A stretch of DNA of 64,000 nt from Oikopleura dioica (taxonomy: Eukaryota > Animalia > Chordata). Location of the stretch: contig OU015569.1 in NCBI GenBank assembly GCA_907165135.1, positions 1,178,001 through 1,242,000 of the forward strand, given 5' to 3'. Positions 1-12,104 of the stretch are shown here, one piece after another. Position 1 is the stretch's first letter, and each line of letters starts with the position of its first letter. The position numbers and the translations under genes were made by a program. The notes beneath the pieces are model-generated. The model did no database searches. It had not been told where the DNA came from and saw nothing but the letters and a program-made list of their open reading frames with translations.

Positions 1-122
1 TCGTCTTCGAATAAAATAAAAAATCATGAAGTTTTTCCTGTAGATCTCACATATCCAGAAGTACACTCTTGATAATTCTTTCAAAATGGCTGACTTGGGA
101 AAAACTGTGGAGGGAGCTGGAC

Positions 123-493
123 CAGAATTGCAAATTTGCTGAGCTGAGTAAGCTGAGCTGGCCGAGTGAGCTGAGCAGTCGCTCAGCTCAGCTCAGTGAT
201 TTTTGAAAATGATCTGATCTGCTCAGCTCAGCTCAGCTCAGACAATTATCACTTTGCTCAGCTCAGCTCAGCTCAATGATTTAAACACAATTTTACTACT
301 AAAAACACACTAGAAAACAGCTCAGCCAACCAGCACAGCTCCGCTCTAATTAGGGTCCGCTCAGCTCAGCTCAACTACCTTAAAAAAAGGTCTGCTCCGC
401 TCGATGACCTCTGAAAGAGGCCAGCTCAGCTCAGCTCAGAGAAATTTTCACTCAGCTCAGCTCAGCAAAAATAAAGCGAAATTTGCAACTCTG
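123..493. mobile_element. hAT-type MITE, copy 1 (GCTCA-pentamer family), 371 bp
   Basis: Terminal inverted repeats CAGAATTGCAAATTT (123) and AAATTTGCAACTCTG (ends 493). Exact 8-bp target duplication AGCTGGAC at 115-122 and 494-501. Subterminal (GCTCA)n arrays. CAG termini plus an 8-bp TSD are hAT superfamily hallmarks. Confidence 0.9.
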
Positions 494-1321
494 AGCTGGA
501 CTGCATGAAGAACGAAAGTAAATCATATAGTATGATTCATATTTGAAAAAAATCCAGATGTCTTTTATTCTGAAAAATATTATTTTTAAAAATAAATATT
601 TATAATTTTAAATGAATTTAATTTTTTTTTTTAATTTTTTAAATATTTATTTTGAAAATAAAGTCGATCTTTTTTAGTCTTTTTTCAAGATAGTAAAAGC
701 TTGTGAATTCACTCAGCAGGGGTCTTATTGAATCATGAAAACACGAGTGAGAGCAGCTCAGTTATTTCTTAATATAACCTCAATGCGAAGAGTAAATTCT
801 TTACCGGGAAGGGACGAGTCATGCTTGTGCGTCTTACTCCGGAAGAGAGTCTTTTTTTCCCGAGTGCGAAATTTCATAAGGCCGTGAGAAAAATGAGCTT
901 CTAAAATTGTAAATCCCTTTGTAAATCTTCAGTTCTTGTCTTCCCGTCCGTCCCGAATTCCGACTGAGGTGGCCGATGACGACTAATCGTGTGGAATATG
1001 TGAACCCTCTCATCAAATCACTCAAGAAAGAAGAACCGTTCACTCTCAAAGCATTTTTGATGGGAATTTATTTGACACTATAAAACTAGAAAAAGAAGGC
1101 ATGAAAAGAACATATCGACGAGTTACTTATGAATGGTTCGAATCAATTTTATTACCGGTTTCATGTTCCGACTAGAGTCCCCTAAAATGTGAGTGTGTGT
1201 GTGTCGACAAGTGAAAATGCGCAAGTACAGGTTTACATACAAGTCAAAGCGTAAAGAACGCGTGATCTTTACGCTTATCGGTGAAGGGTTTATAAAGGGT
1301 GCATCGCAGGGGCTGCGTGAT

Positions 1322-2180
1322 TTATTCTTCTTCCTGACCGTGGGTGATGATGTAGCAGAGAGCCTTAAAAGTGACTGAAAAAAGGGCTTCGAGGAAAAGG
1401 GGCGTACCTTGTAGTCGAGGTTGCCGGAAACATCAACTGGGGCGAATTCCATGAGAGCATCGACTTCTTCTTTGGAGAATCGAGTGGCCTCGCAGGTAAG
1501 GGCTTCGATAAGTTGGGAGGAATGGATCTTTCCAGTGCCAGCGGGGTCGAGAACCTTGAAAGCTAGAACGCGCGAATTGAATCAAAAACCATCGGTGTTC
1601 AGAGTACCTTCGATCATGACGTCCTCGGGGTCAGTGCCGTGGAGCTTCTCAGCAAGCATGTTAAGGAAGGTAGTGAAGTTAAGAGCGCCAGAAGCTTCGT
1701 TCATCATCTTTTCGATATCAGCATCTTCAACGTTTCGGACACCGAGGGACATGTAGCTAGAAAAAAGCGTTCCGTTTTAATTTTCCCTTTTTGCGCGATA
1801 TTATTTAGTTAGGAAGGTAGCTAGCTTGATTGGCCTCTCACGCCTGTTTGGATTAATAATTTGAAAAAAACGCTTTCGGGTGGTTTTGGCCGAGTGGCCT
1901 CGAGAGCGTTTTTCTTTCATGGGGCCGAGCAGCGGATGGAAGGAACCTTTTATTACGCGCTCGAGAATCGTAATTACGCGGAAACATTGATTTTCACGCT
2001 TTCGATTATGCTTGATACTCACGTGGATCGGAGATCGTTCTTGTCGATGAAGCCGTCTCGGTTGGAGTCGATCATTTCGAAGGCTTCTTTGAATTCTTGG
2101 AGCTGGGTCTTCTCGAACATGTTGAAGACATCAGAGCCCTGGCAGACGACCTTCTTCTCCTTCTTGTTTCGTCGACCCAT
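1322..2180 (-). CDS. MRLC: Myosin regulatory light chain (EF-hand, muscle MLC2-like), 4 exons
   Basis: Exons 2023-2180, 1608-1756, 1408-1562 and 1322-1363 with GT-AG introns give [10 protein letters not shown]...[29 protein letters not shown]...[33 protein letters not shown]...[26 protein letters not shown], the classic RLC signature. Confidence 0.93.
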
Positions 2181-2423
2181 TCTGTGAGACTGTTGCGATT
2201 CCGAGAGTGATCTGAACGAATCTCTGACTCAATTCTCAAATTCCCTCTAGGCTACTACCTTGATAAGAGTGCTCTGGACTGGTCGGAAAGTTCTCCGACC
2301 AAATAGAGCTCCGGCGCGGGGCGTCACCTGTCCAAGAGGCAGCTGACACTGTCTCATCCGGCTTAGCGCTGCAACCTTTAACACCCGAGATAGTACTAGC
2401 GCGCAGCAATCAATACCCATATA

Positions 2424-3420
2424 CAGAGTTGCAAATTTTGTGAGCTAGCTGAGCTGAGCTATCTGAGCTAGCTGAGCTACAGCTCAGCTCAGCTCAGCTC
2501 AGTAATTTTGAGGTGTGGGTCAGCTCAGCTCAGCTCAGCTCAATTTGACCTCAGCTCAGCTAGCTCAGCTCAATGGTTCTTCGAAAAGAGCCAGCTCAGC
2601 TCAGCTAGCTCAATTTTAACCTCAGCTCAGCTAGCTCAGCTCAGCTCAGTCTATTGAGCTGACAAAGTTCGAACCACTTTTGATTGGTCTATTTTTCAAA
2701 AACTTCAACGTATTTTCTATTCATGCTTTCCTGTTGGTCAATTTTAGATAGAAATAATTTGAGTTTTCTTTGAAGCAAGAGAGAAATAATATAAAAAAGG
2801 GCTTCCAATATAAAAATAATAAAGTACAGATGGTAAATATGTGATTGCGAATGTGAGAGACTGGTCTAGGGGTGTGCGAGGGCAGGGGCTCCCTGTCCAT
2901 CTACGCTAGAAGGTTGAAACATTGGCACACCCACATAAATTATACCACTGTATAATATTTTGGAGGATTCCTTATTGTTAAATGACAGAATAATTTTTTT
3001 ATGTAAAAAAAGTGCGATGTTGCGAGTGAGATGCTGGTCTAGGGGTGTGTGAGGGCAGGGGCTCCCTGTCCATCTACTCTAGAAGGTTGAAATTCGCTTC
3101 AACACACTTTTTTGGCATTCCTTGTAGTAAATAAAAATCAGCTTTCTCAGCTCAGCTCAGCTAGCTCAGCATAAAAAAATGGTCAGCTCAGCTCAGCTAG
3201 CTCAGTTTGAGAAATCGACAGCTCAGCTCAGCTCAGCTCAAAAATTTTCAAATATGCCCCAGCTCAGCTCAGCTCAGCTCAATTTTTTTGAAAAAATCCA
3301 GCTCAGCTCAGCTCAGCTCAGTTGTTTATATAAGGGGCCAGCTCAGCTCAGCTCAGCTCAATTTCGACCTCAGCTCAGCTAGCTCAGCTCAGAAAAAATT
3401 TTCAAAAATTTGCAACTCTG
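2424..3420. mobile_element. hAT-type MITE, copy 2 (long variant, 997 bp)
   Basis: TIRs CAGAGTTGCAAATTT and AAATTTGCAACTCTG. Exact 8-bp TSD CCCATATA at 2416-2423 and 3421-3428. GCTCA arrays at both ends, AT-rich non-coding interior with a duplicated 59-bp GC-rich motif. Confidence 0.92.
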
Positions 3421-3498
3421 CCCATATACGGAAATCCTTGGCGAGCCCGATTTAATCATCAAAATAACCTGCTTCCCGAAGTATTTGTATCAGCACTT

Positions 3499-4681
3499 CT
3501 AGCTACGAATATCGACCTCTAGAAACAAACGATCTTTTGCTTGAGCCTTGGAATCTTTGACTTCTTCTTCGTGAAGAAATTGTATTTTGATTCGTATAAT
3601 TTTCTTCCCCCAGCTGACGAATTTGGAGAATTTAAGTTCACCCCTCTTTTTCACGTTCTCGAGGATGTCCTCTAATGTATTTTTACAGAAAGTAGCTTCA
3701 TCAAACAAGCTTTCTCAAAAGGTTTATTCTTACAGGGATCGTCAAATGGAACAACTTTCTAATGCGCTTTAGCCTTTTTTTAGTTTATTTTATCTAGCCC
3801 GATTACATTATCAAAATCGCCCAATTTTTATCATTGACCAGAGTTGCAAATTTTGCTTTATTTCTGCTGAGCTGAGCTGAGTAAAAATTTCTCTGAGCTG
3901 AGCTGACCTACTTATGAGGTTACTAAGCTGAGCTGAGCTGAGCTGGCCTTTTTCAGAGGTCATTGAGCTGAGCTGAGCTGAGCTGAGCGGCCCCTAATTA
4001 GAGCTGAGCTGAGCTATTTTCACTGTGTTTTTAGTAGTTAAATTGTTTTAAAATCATTGAGCTGAGCTGAGCTGTCAGAGTTTATTGATAATTCTGAACT
4101 GAGCGGAACAGATCATGCTCGAAAATAATTGAGCTGAGCTGAATGAAAATGGTCTGATCTGCTCAGCTCAGCTCAGCTCAGCAAATTTGCAACTCTGTGA
4201 TTGACAGTTTTCGTTGTCTATTTATGGAATTGCAAGTAATCAGGGCAGCTTAGCAGCTTTGGAAGTACATTTGCCTTCATTACAGTACTAAAATAGTGTG
4301 TTAGTTTGTGTGTGCCATTTCCAGGTTGCATCTTTTTCAGTTTATTATTAAATATTTTTGCCAAGACATTAATCTCAGCGAAAAATGCGTGATTTTCAAA
4401 GAAGAAAAGTTCGATCACGTAAAAGTGCGGATAAATCTATCATTGTTCTTATTGAACAAAAAAAGTGCTCTTTTCGCACGATTTGAATCATCCTCAGCAG
4501 ATGAAGGCCATTTGGCAAAGCTCAATTTACAAAAGTGGTCTGAGGAAGAGCCGGTAGAAGAAGCCGGGTACGCGATGTCACACGTGTCGTAATAATTGCT
4601 TTTCTCGGAGAACAGGGCGAAGGGTGCCTCGTTTGTGATGTCTAATCGAAGACGTCTGATCTGCTTGCTGACCCATGACAA
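3499..4681 (-). CDS. Probable MATH/TRAF-domain protein, multi-exon, with MITE copy 3 inside an intron
   Basis: ORF pieces RLRLDITNEAPFALFS...CKLSFAKWPSSAEDDSNRAKRALFLF and GELKFSKFVSW...DRLFLEVDIRS* resemble the first and last strands of MATH domains. Exon junctions are not fully resolved. Confidence 0.45.
3839..4197. mobile_element. hAT-type MITE, copy 3 (359 bp, inverted relative to copy 1)
   Basis: Same TIRs. TSD TCATTGAC (3831-3838) and TGATTGAC (4198-4205), one mismatch. The interior is the reverse complement of copy 1. Confidence 0.9.
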
Positions 4682-5062
4682 AATTGAGAAAGTACTGCGC
4701 TTTTCCGCGTTGAGGAGTGGGTGATTAGTCCCTTAGCTTTTAAAAAACAGGACCCGTGGGAATTGGAACGTGTCGTAACGCTTGTCGTAGCAGGGAGCGT
4801 GAGTCATAGGCTGCTTCGGGCACAAGGCCTGCGGCGAACAATGCCAGCAGCGATGAAAAGAGACTTGGAAGGCTGCTGCTTTATCGGCGAAGCACATTAT
4901 TAAGCAGTAGAATTTAACTTAGAGCAGTTTACAGGCGAGTGTTTGAACTGCACTGACGTTGTTATTTACTCGGTGAGGCGAATGGAGCATGACAAAGATG
5001 GAGCGAAGCCAGAGCAGAGCTTCCAGCAGAACGCAGACGGCAAGCAGGGCAACCGAGAGAGA

Positions 5063-8000
5063 ATGAACCTAGACGATGTGGTCTGGGCGCCCTGCCCTAA
5101 AGATGGCTACAAAACCGCCAAAATCAAAGTAAGAGAGCGCCCTGTATTACTCCTTCGATCAATACAAACAATATGCAGGTGTATTTTTATTCCTCAAGTA
5201 GGAAAAAAATACTCCTATGAAATTCATTTCCGACTAATGCGGGATGTATTTTTGCTATTTTCTTGAACTGCGAAGTTGATCTAACTCGATCCGGGATATT
5301 CATAAAATTCACTAAATTCATTAAATTCGGCTCAAAATAGAAAGTTTGTATTTATTCGTAGGACATCGGAGCAACAGATATAACAGTGAAATTCTCCGAC
5401 GGCTCTCCTGGTGTCTTTGGCTATGACGACATCTATCCGACTGAGAAGGACTTGAAACGAACCGTGGATGACAACTGCGCGTTGATGTACTTGAACGTGG
5501 CCAACTTATTGAACAACTCGAAGGAGCGCTACATCAATGACAAATTTTACACCTACGTTGCCAACATTCTAGTCGCCATTAATCCCTACAAGAATATTAA
5601 AGGCATTTGCTCACAAAACTATCAAAAATGCACAAAAGCGCGGTTATTTAAACAGTATAAAAGTGAGTAGAATAGAATCTATCATAAAGATTCTGGAATC
5701 GCTAAGGAATTAAAAAAGATTGCTCAAATTTACACAATGACGGTTTATTGAAGAAAAATTTCAAAATCGTCAACTCGAGTCAAAGCAAATATGAAATAAG
5801 TTATTATGGAATTTTCAGTTCCGATTAATTTTTGAGCAGAAGGATAAGGTTTTTATGATGCTGCTACAATCAAAGCCTATAAAGGCAAGTCGCTTGGAAC
5901 TCTGCCCCCACATTGCTTTGCAATCGCTGACAAGTCGTATCGTGATATGAAGGTGTTCAATCAGTCGCAATCCGTGATTGTTTCCGGCGAATCCGGCGCC
6001 GGAAAAACAGAGAACACCAAGTTCATGATCAACTACCTCGTGCACAACTACGGCTCAGGACAAAGCTCGCTTGATGCGAAAATTATTGAAGCGAATCCGC
6101 TTCTTGAAGCCTTTGGAAATGCGAAAACCGTTCGAAACAACAACTCTTCCCGCTTTGGAAAGTTTATTGAAGTCCACTTTAACGAGAAGCACGCCGTCGA
6201 TGGCGCTCAGTTTTCACATTATCTTCTTGAGGTGCGCATTTCTCACGTCTTTTTATTGTAGTCGTGTTTGCCTTTTAGCGCTCAAGAATCGTCTCGCAGA
6301 ACAAGAACGAGCGCAACTACCATATCTTCTATCGACTATGCGCTGGAGCCCCTGCCGTAAGTGGAGCTCGACGTTTTCTTTCCTTTTTCTAACCTTTTCA
6401 AGGATGTCAAAGGCGCTTTGAAGCTACAAGCGCCCGAAGCATATCACTACCTAAATCAAGGCGACACGAGGCTCTTTGGATCACAGCTAAAAGATCCCAT
6501 GCTGAATGATAAGGTAAACATCGGAAATCTCTATAAGACTTTAGAAAACTATCGTTATCTAGAACTAAACCAATTTATGGAAGTGCATTCTTGAATTACC
6601 AATAAGATTGCTGTATTTGGCCCTTCGGCCAATCAAAACGCTGATCCATAAATTCACTTGCATAAATTGGTTTAACCCGTTTTCTAAGGGCGATTTTGTC
6701 CGGACCGAAAACGCGATGAAAAAGATCGGAATGGCAAAAGACAAAAGAATGGATGTTTTTAAAATTGTCGCCGCAGTTCTCCACCTCGGAAACGTAGAAA
6801 TCATTGATGGCTCGAATGGTGGAGCAGAAGTAACGCCAAAAGGTATTCCAGCGATTAATGCTGCTGCAGAGCTTCTTGGAATGGATGCAACGCAGCTGAT
6901 CGAATCGATAACAACGAGGGCGACGAAAATTCCCGGAGAAGCGACATTAGTCAAGGTACTCTTGACACTTTAGGAGCTTGAATTCCAGGGTTTTTTCTTT
7001 TAGAAAGCTTTGATTGCAAGAAATGCTATTCATGCCAGAGATGCTTTGGCAAAAGCTCTCTATGCGAAACTTTTCGACTACGTGTGTGAATTGATCAACA
7101 AATCCATCCCTGCTGGTGGCTCTAGCTTCATCGGCATTCTGGATATCGCAGGTTTCGAGTACTTCGAGAACAATTCCTTCGAGCAGTTTTGCATCAACTA
7201 CTGCAACGAGAAGCTCCAGCAGTTTTTCAACAAGCGAACTTTGAAAGATGAAATGGAACTTTACAAAACTGAAGGTCTCAAAACAAAAGGCGTTGAATAC
7301 ATCGATAACCAGGTATATGATGTTTGCAGACAGAAGCATATCCTTACTTGCCTTTCTCAGGATATGATCGAGCTGATCGAAAAACCCCGCGTAGGAATCA
7401 TTGACGTTTTGGATGAAGAGATGAAATTGCCTAAGCCGCTGGACTCTCACTTTGCGGAAACACTTTACAACAATCACAGGTATTAAAGCTCACCTCTTCT
7501 CATTCTGAGAGACAACTGGCGCGAAGTCTCACGCCCTAAATAAGGAAAAACGGGCGCTTCCTCTCGCCCCGAAAATCACCTGTGACAAAGTACAAAGCGC
7601 TGACTGACTCTGAGGCGTTCATTTTGCGACATTTCGCGGGAGCTGTTTGCTACAATGTCAACGGCTTCGTCGACAAGAATACGGACGGCCTTCATGATTC
7701 CCTCCTCCAACTTTGCGCCACTGCCAAACATTCCATTCTCGTCAAGGTAGCAAAATTAATTATATAAAATCACTTCATCATCTTTCTCAAAAAAAGATGT
7801 TCGCCGCTGATGCAAAGCGAAAAACCGGCCGCGGCAAACTTCAACTCAAATCAAATGGTTCCACCTTCCGGACGAATTTGAACATTCTGATGGAGAAGCT
7901 CAACTCAACTGGTTCTAGCTTCATCCGCTGCATCAAGCCCAACGAGAAAATGGCGCCACAAGAATTCAACGGCGCAAGTATCATGAGCCAATTGCATTCT

Positions 8001-10801
8001 GCTGGTATTCCCGCTGTTTTGGAGCTGATGCAAGCTGGCTATCCCTCCAGGACGCACTTCTCCGATCTTTACGGAATGTACAAAAAGCACATGCCGGCGA
8101 AACTGTCGAAGCTGGACCCGAAATTGTTCACTCGAGCTCTTTTCCAGGCGTTGGGACTCAACACCAACGATTTCACCTATGGCGTGTCCAAAGTTTTCTT
8201 CAAGCCCGGAAAATTCGCCGCCTTTGATCAGATGATGAACGGCGATCCAGAGCACCTGCGCGAGATGCTCAAAAAGTTGAGCAGTGGCTCATCAAAGCCA
8301 GATGGAGGTAAGACAGCGACATAATTATGTGGTTTTCTTTTGCGTGTTTTCGTGGACATTGCACTCGCTACTGATAATCGGACATAATACAGTATCTTTT
8401 CAGATACTACATTCACGGCGTATGGATGGCGATCAAACTCGAAAAGAAAATCGAGTATCGAAGAGCTGCAGCAACAACAGTTCAGGCCTACTGGCGAGGA
8501 TGGCTCGTCCGTCGTCGACAAAAGCTCGTTTTGGAGCTCTTCCGTCGATCCAAGAATCTCGTCGCTCGATCAGATGAGCTCATTCAAGCGGCGTCGAAGG
8601 TATCCTCTCCCACGGGCGCTTATTAATATTCTGATGACGTGAATAATGAATTAGGACCGACCTTTATCTCTAGGTTCCGAAAGGTAAAGCGCGTGACGAC
8701 ATGCTCAAGCAGGTCCAAAATTATCAATCGCAGCTGAGCGCGGCGCAATTAGCCACGAAGAAGTTGGCACTCGAAAAGAATCCCCAGACGAGTCCTCAAC
8801 TCAAAAAGATCGATCAGAATATTCAGGCGCTTCTAGCCCAGGAAGGCAAGCTCATGAAATCGATTGCCTCGCTTAGTAAAGCAGAGCAAGAACGGCTCAG
8901 AAAACTGGAAGAAGAACGCAGGCGGAAAGAAGAAGAAGAACGCCAGCGAAAATTGGTAAACGAAATATTCTCTTGAAATTTGCTAAAGTCAAGTTAAAAG
9001 GAAGAAGAAGAACGAAAAAGAAAGGAGGAAGAAGAGCGAAAAATGCGGGCAGAAATGGAAAAACAACGAAAAATTGAGGAAGCAAGGCAAAAGAAGAGGA
9101 ACAAAAATGCAAAAGATCCAGGCTCAAATGGTGTGTAACTCTATTATACGGTATTATTTTAATACCTCTATTATATCAAGTTAAATTTTCGAAAAGTCAA
9201 AACGGCAAAACTGGACCAGTAATTTTAGCGCTTATCTAAAAGAGCATGAAAAACTGGTCCAGAATAACATGACGTGAGTGAATTCTTATCACTCGATTGC
9301 AGGAAACTCTTCCTCTGAAAATACCCACATTTTCAGCAAGCAGAGAGCAAAAAGAGTGAATAAAAAGTGCCCTTTGAAAAATTTGAACATTATGAAACGA
9401 ATTTCAAAGAAATGAATGTTTAGGAAGCCGACATGGCAAGGACCGCTGCTGAGGAAACTGCGAAGCGACAACGGGAGGAACAAGAACGACGCGATAGGGA
9501 GCTTGCCTCGCGACTTCAAATGGAGCAAGATGAAGATGCTTCTCAAATTGGTCTATCCACAGCTCCAACGCGGCAAAAGAATATGTAGATTTTTGAGTTC
9601 CACGTTGAACCGATTGATAAAGTTCTTTTCTAGCGCCAAGAACGAAAAGGGACAGAGATATGACCTCACAAAGTGGAACTACGCTCAACTGAGAGATTTT
9701 ATCAACACAAGCAGCGACGTTGAAATGATAAAAAGTTGCAGGGAAGAGTTTGCGCGAAGACTGCAAGCTTATCACAAGTGGAAAGACCAGGTTATTCAGA
9801 AATTACGCGTTTGAAAGTAAATTTTCTTTCAATTAAGAACAAAGCATCTGGGCAGAGCACTGGAACACAGTCAGAAGCTAGAATGCCCGATAACGTTCGT
9901 GCGATGGCGGAACAAGCTGTCAGTCAAACGGGTTCATCAGCGCCGGTGACAGTAAATAAAAAACAGCGATACTTCAAAGTTCCTTTCAATCCTCGACAGG
10001 TAATGGAGATTTTAGATTAAGAAGGTAGATATCAAGAATCGCGATTTTCCGTCAGACTTTTCTCCCAAAGTTAAAATAGTGACACCCTTATTTTACTTTG
10101 GAAACAAAAACTTTAGACCTTTCTCTATTTCTTATGGAAGCTGAAATTTCAAATTTCAAAAACAATTTTGACAAAATTTTTCGTCAAAGATCGCTAATTT
10201 TCCTAAAATGGGCAGTTCGGCGACAATCGAAGGTGCCAGATTTGCATTGTAGCACCTCGAAAACTCAAGAAATCTGAATTTTTGGTTTCCATAGGAAAGA
10301 GATAATTGCCGGAAATAAATTTTGAGCAGAAAAAATAAGGGGGTCACTATGTTAAAAATATGAGAAAACCCTGACAGGAAATCTGATTCTTGATATCTAC
10401 CCCCTTAATAACTACCACTTGCTTAATCATTTCGAATAAAGATTTATGTTGGTACATGAGAGCGATGTTCTATTGACTTTTGAGTTTTAGGGAGGTGCGA
10501 AACTAGGTTGGTGGTATGCTCACTTCGATGGCAATTACGTGAAGCGGCAGATGGAGCTCCATCCGAACAAAGAGCCCATCCTGCTAATTCGTGGAAGACA
10601 TGACTTGGAGATGTGCGAGCTGAGTCTTGAGAAAACCGGACTTACAGGGTGAGTTACCGGCGGCGGTTAGTTGGTATTAGCATAAAATTCAGTCGCAAAG
10701 GCGCCGAGATCTTCCCACATATATTCGACGAGATGTGGGAGCGCTGTGGTGGGAAGCTCATTACCGATTGGAAGCCGCCACCACGTAGAAAGCAGAACTG
10801 A
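5063..10801 (+). CDS. MYO6: Unconventional myosin VI (about 17 exons); the sequence as given has homopolymer frameshifts near 8271 and 9089-9107
   Basis: N-terminus [11 protein letters not shown]-loop [56 protein letters not shown], charged SAH tail [10 protein letters not shown], and cargo domain [13 protein letters not shown] and GWWYAHFDG...[12 protein letters not shown]...EMWERCGG, all diagnostic of myosin VI. An alternative in-frame ATG lies at 4982. Confidence 0.96.
10017..10408. mobile_element. TTAA-flanked MITE with about 90-bp imperfect TIRs (Kolobok-like) in a MYO6 intron
   Basis: TTAA at 10017-10020 and 10405-10408. Left end GAAGGTAGATATCAAGAATC matches the reverse complement of the right end, GGGGGTAGATATCAAGAATC; pairing continues through ATAGTGACACCCTTATTTT. 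TTAA target plus purine-purine termini fits Kolobok rather than piggyBac (CCC termini). Confidence 0.8.
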
Positions 10802-12104
10802 AGCTGACTGTGCCCAGTATTACTATCACTAGAATATATTTCATCCAAATTCAGAAAAATACCTGCTCCAGGTTCAAACAAGAAGCTGGGCAATTTGCTC
10901 GCAATCTTTCAACTAGAAAAAGAGAAAGGCCCGTCTTTTTTAATATTTTAGCCGGTTTTTGCATTAACAGCAGCAGATCGACTAATGTACTCTCGAGCGG
11001 CTTGGTTCGGCTCTTTGGTAAAATCAAAAAGCTCAGAATATAAAAATCAAGCAGTTTATTATTTATCCTTCTTTCTGAATATTGATACGGCCAGGACTAA
11101 TCCATTATCGTGCTTCACCGCAGAAAAATCGACACAGAGCAAGAGCAGTCTATGAAAACAAGCCAAACATAAACGGTTATACATAACAAATCACTCTCTC
11201 TCTCTTTCTCCGTCAAGATTTGAAATCGCTATCTCCTGGAGAAAATTCTGATGGGACGAAAAATGCTAGCTTTAAAATTCTTGTGGAAGTCTTTCTCCGT
11301 CGCTTTCTTTTATAGCTCGAGATGAGAAAATAAAATATCGTCATATATTTCAATTCCTATGCCTTAAACTTTTGAAATAAGAAGAAATAATAGCTAAAAC
11401 GAAATAAGTAACGCCGAAAAAGACGTTTCGAAAATATTCCGAAATAATATTTTCGCAATTTTTCTTCGGGTGGAATCGAAAGGTATGAGACGAGTCTTCC
11501 TTGATTTTCTAGCTTTTTCTATCGGCGAGAGCAGTATTTGAAATATTGAAAGAATGGTACGATTAAATATCGCAATGTACAGAATCTGCTTGTTTTCATC
11601 TTTCCCATGTGAAGCGGATTTATCGCCGAGGAAATTATATTCGCCGGCTCTGCATATTGTCATAATATCAGCACTCAACAATTTCGACACTTCCATGAGA
11701 AAATTCCTTCTAGCGCAATTAGAGCATCTAGCCAGGCGTGTCAAGGTGCATAAATGTCGCGTGCAACTTTCGGTTCCGCAGAGCCTTTGTATCGAAATAC
11801 AAATTGTCAATCATTAATTGGCAAATAAAAAGTGCACGCGTGTTTGTGAGCGCGCTCGTGAAAGTTCTGCTGCGCATACAAGTCGGCCATAAAGACCAAC
11901 TTCTGGGGCGCTTCCAATCTGCTTCATCAACGCTGATCTGTTCCAGATTCGGCGATCGCCTGGGGGCGCAGCGGAGTTGCCCTCGGCGGCGCATTTCTCT
12001 TCTCCTGCTCCTTTATTTAGCCGAGCACGCGACACGCTCGATTATTGCTCTTTTGACAAGACAGAGACATCCGTTTGACCCCAACCTACTCAATTAAGAC
12101 ATCA

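Noticed and set aside
700-1180. Short open frames between MITE copy 1 and MRLC
   Set aside because: No recognisable domain and no consistent splice model.
1864-1916. Hairpin AAAAACGCTTTCGGG...CTCGAGAGCGTTTTT in MRLC intron 1
   Set aside because: It is internal, far from the splice sites, in an intron with a strong GTGAGT donor, so it is not part of the terminal-stem pattern.
3179-3455. ORFs rich in SSAQL repeats
   Set aside because: They are translations of the GCTCA pentamer arrays of the hAT MITE.
121-4200. GCTCA arrays as a possible CRISPR-like repeat-spacer locus
   Set aside because: No constant-length repeats with unique spacers. The arrays are bounded by TIRs and TSDs in a eukaryotic genome.
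9080-9121. A 40-bp GC-AG intron as an explanation for the MYO6 tail frameshift
   Set aside because: The segment is purine-rich and coding-like, and restoring two adenines gives a better match to the myosin VI tail.
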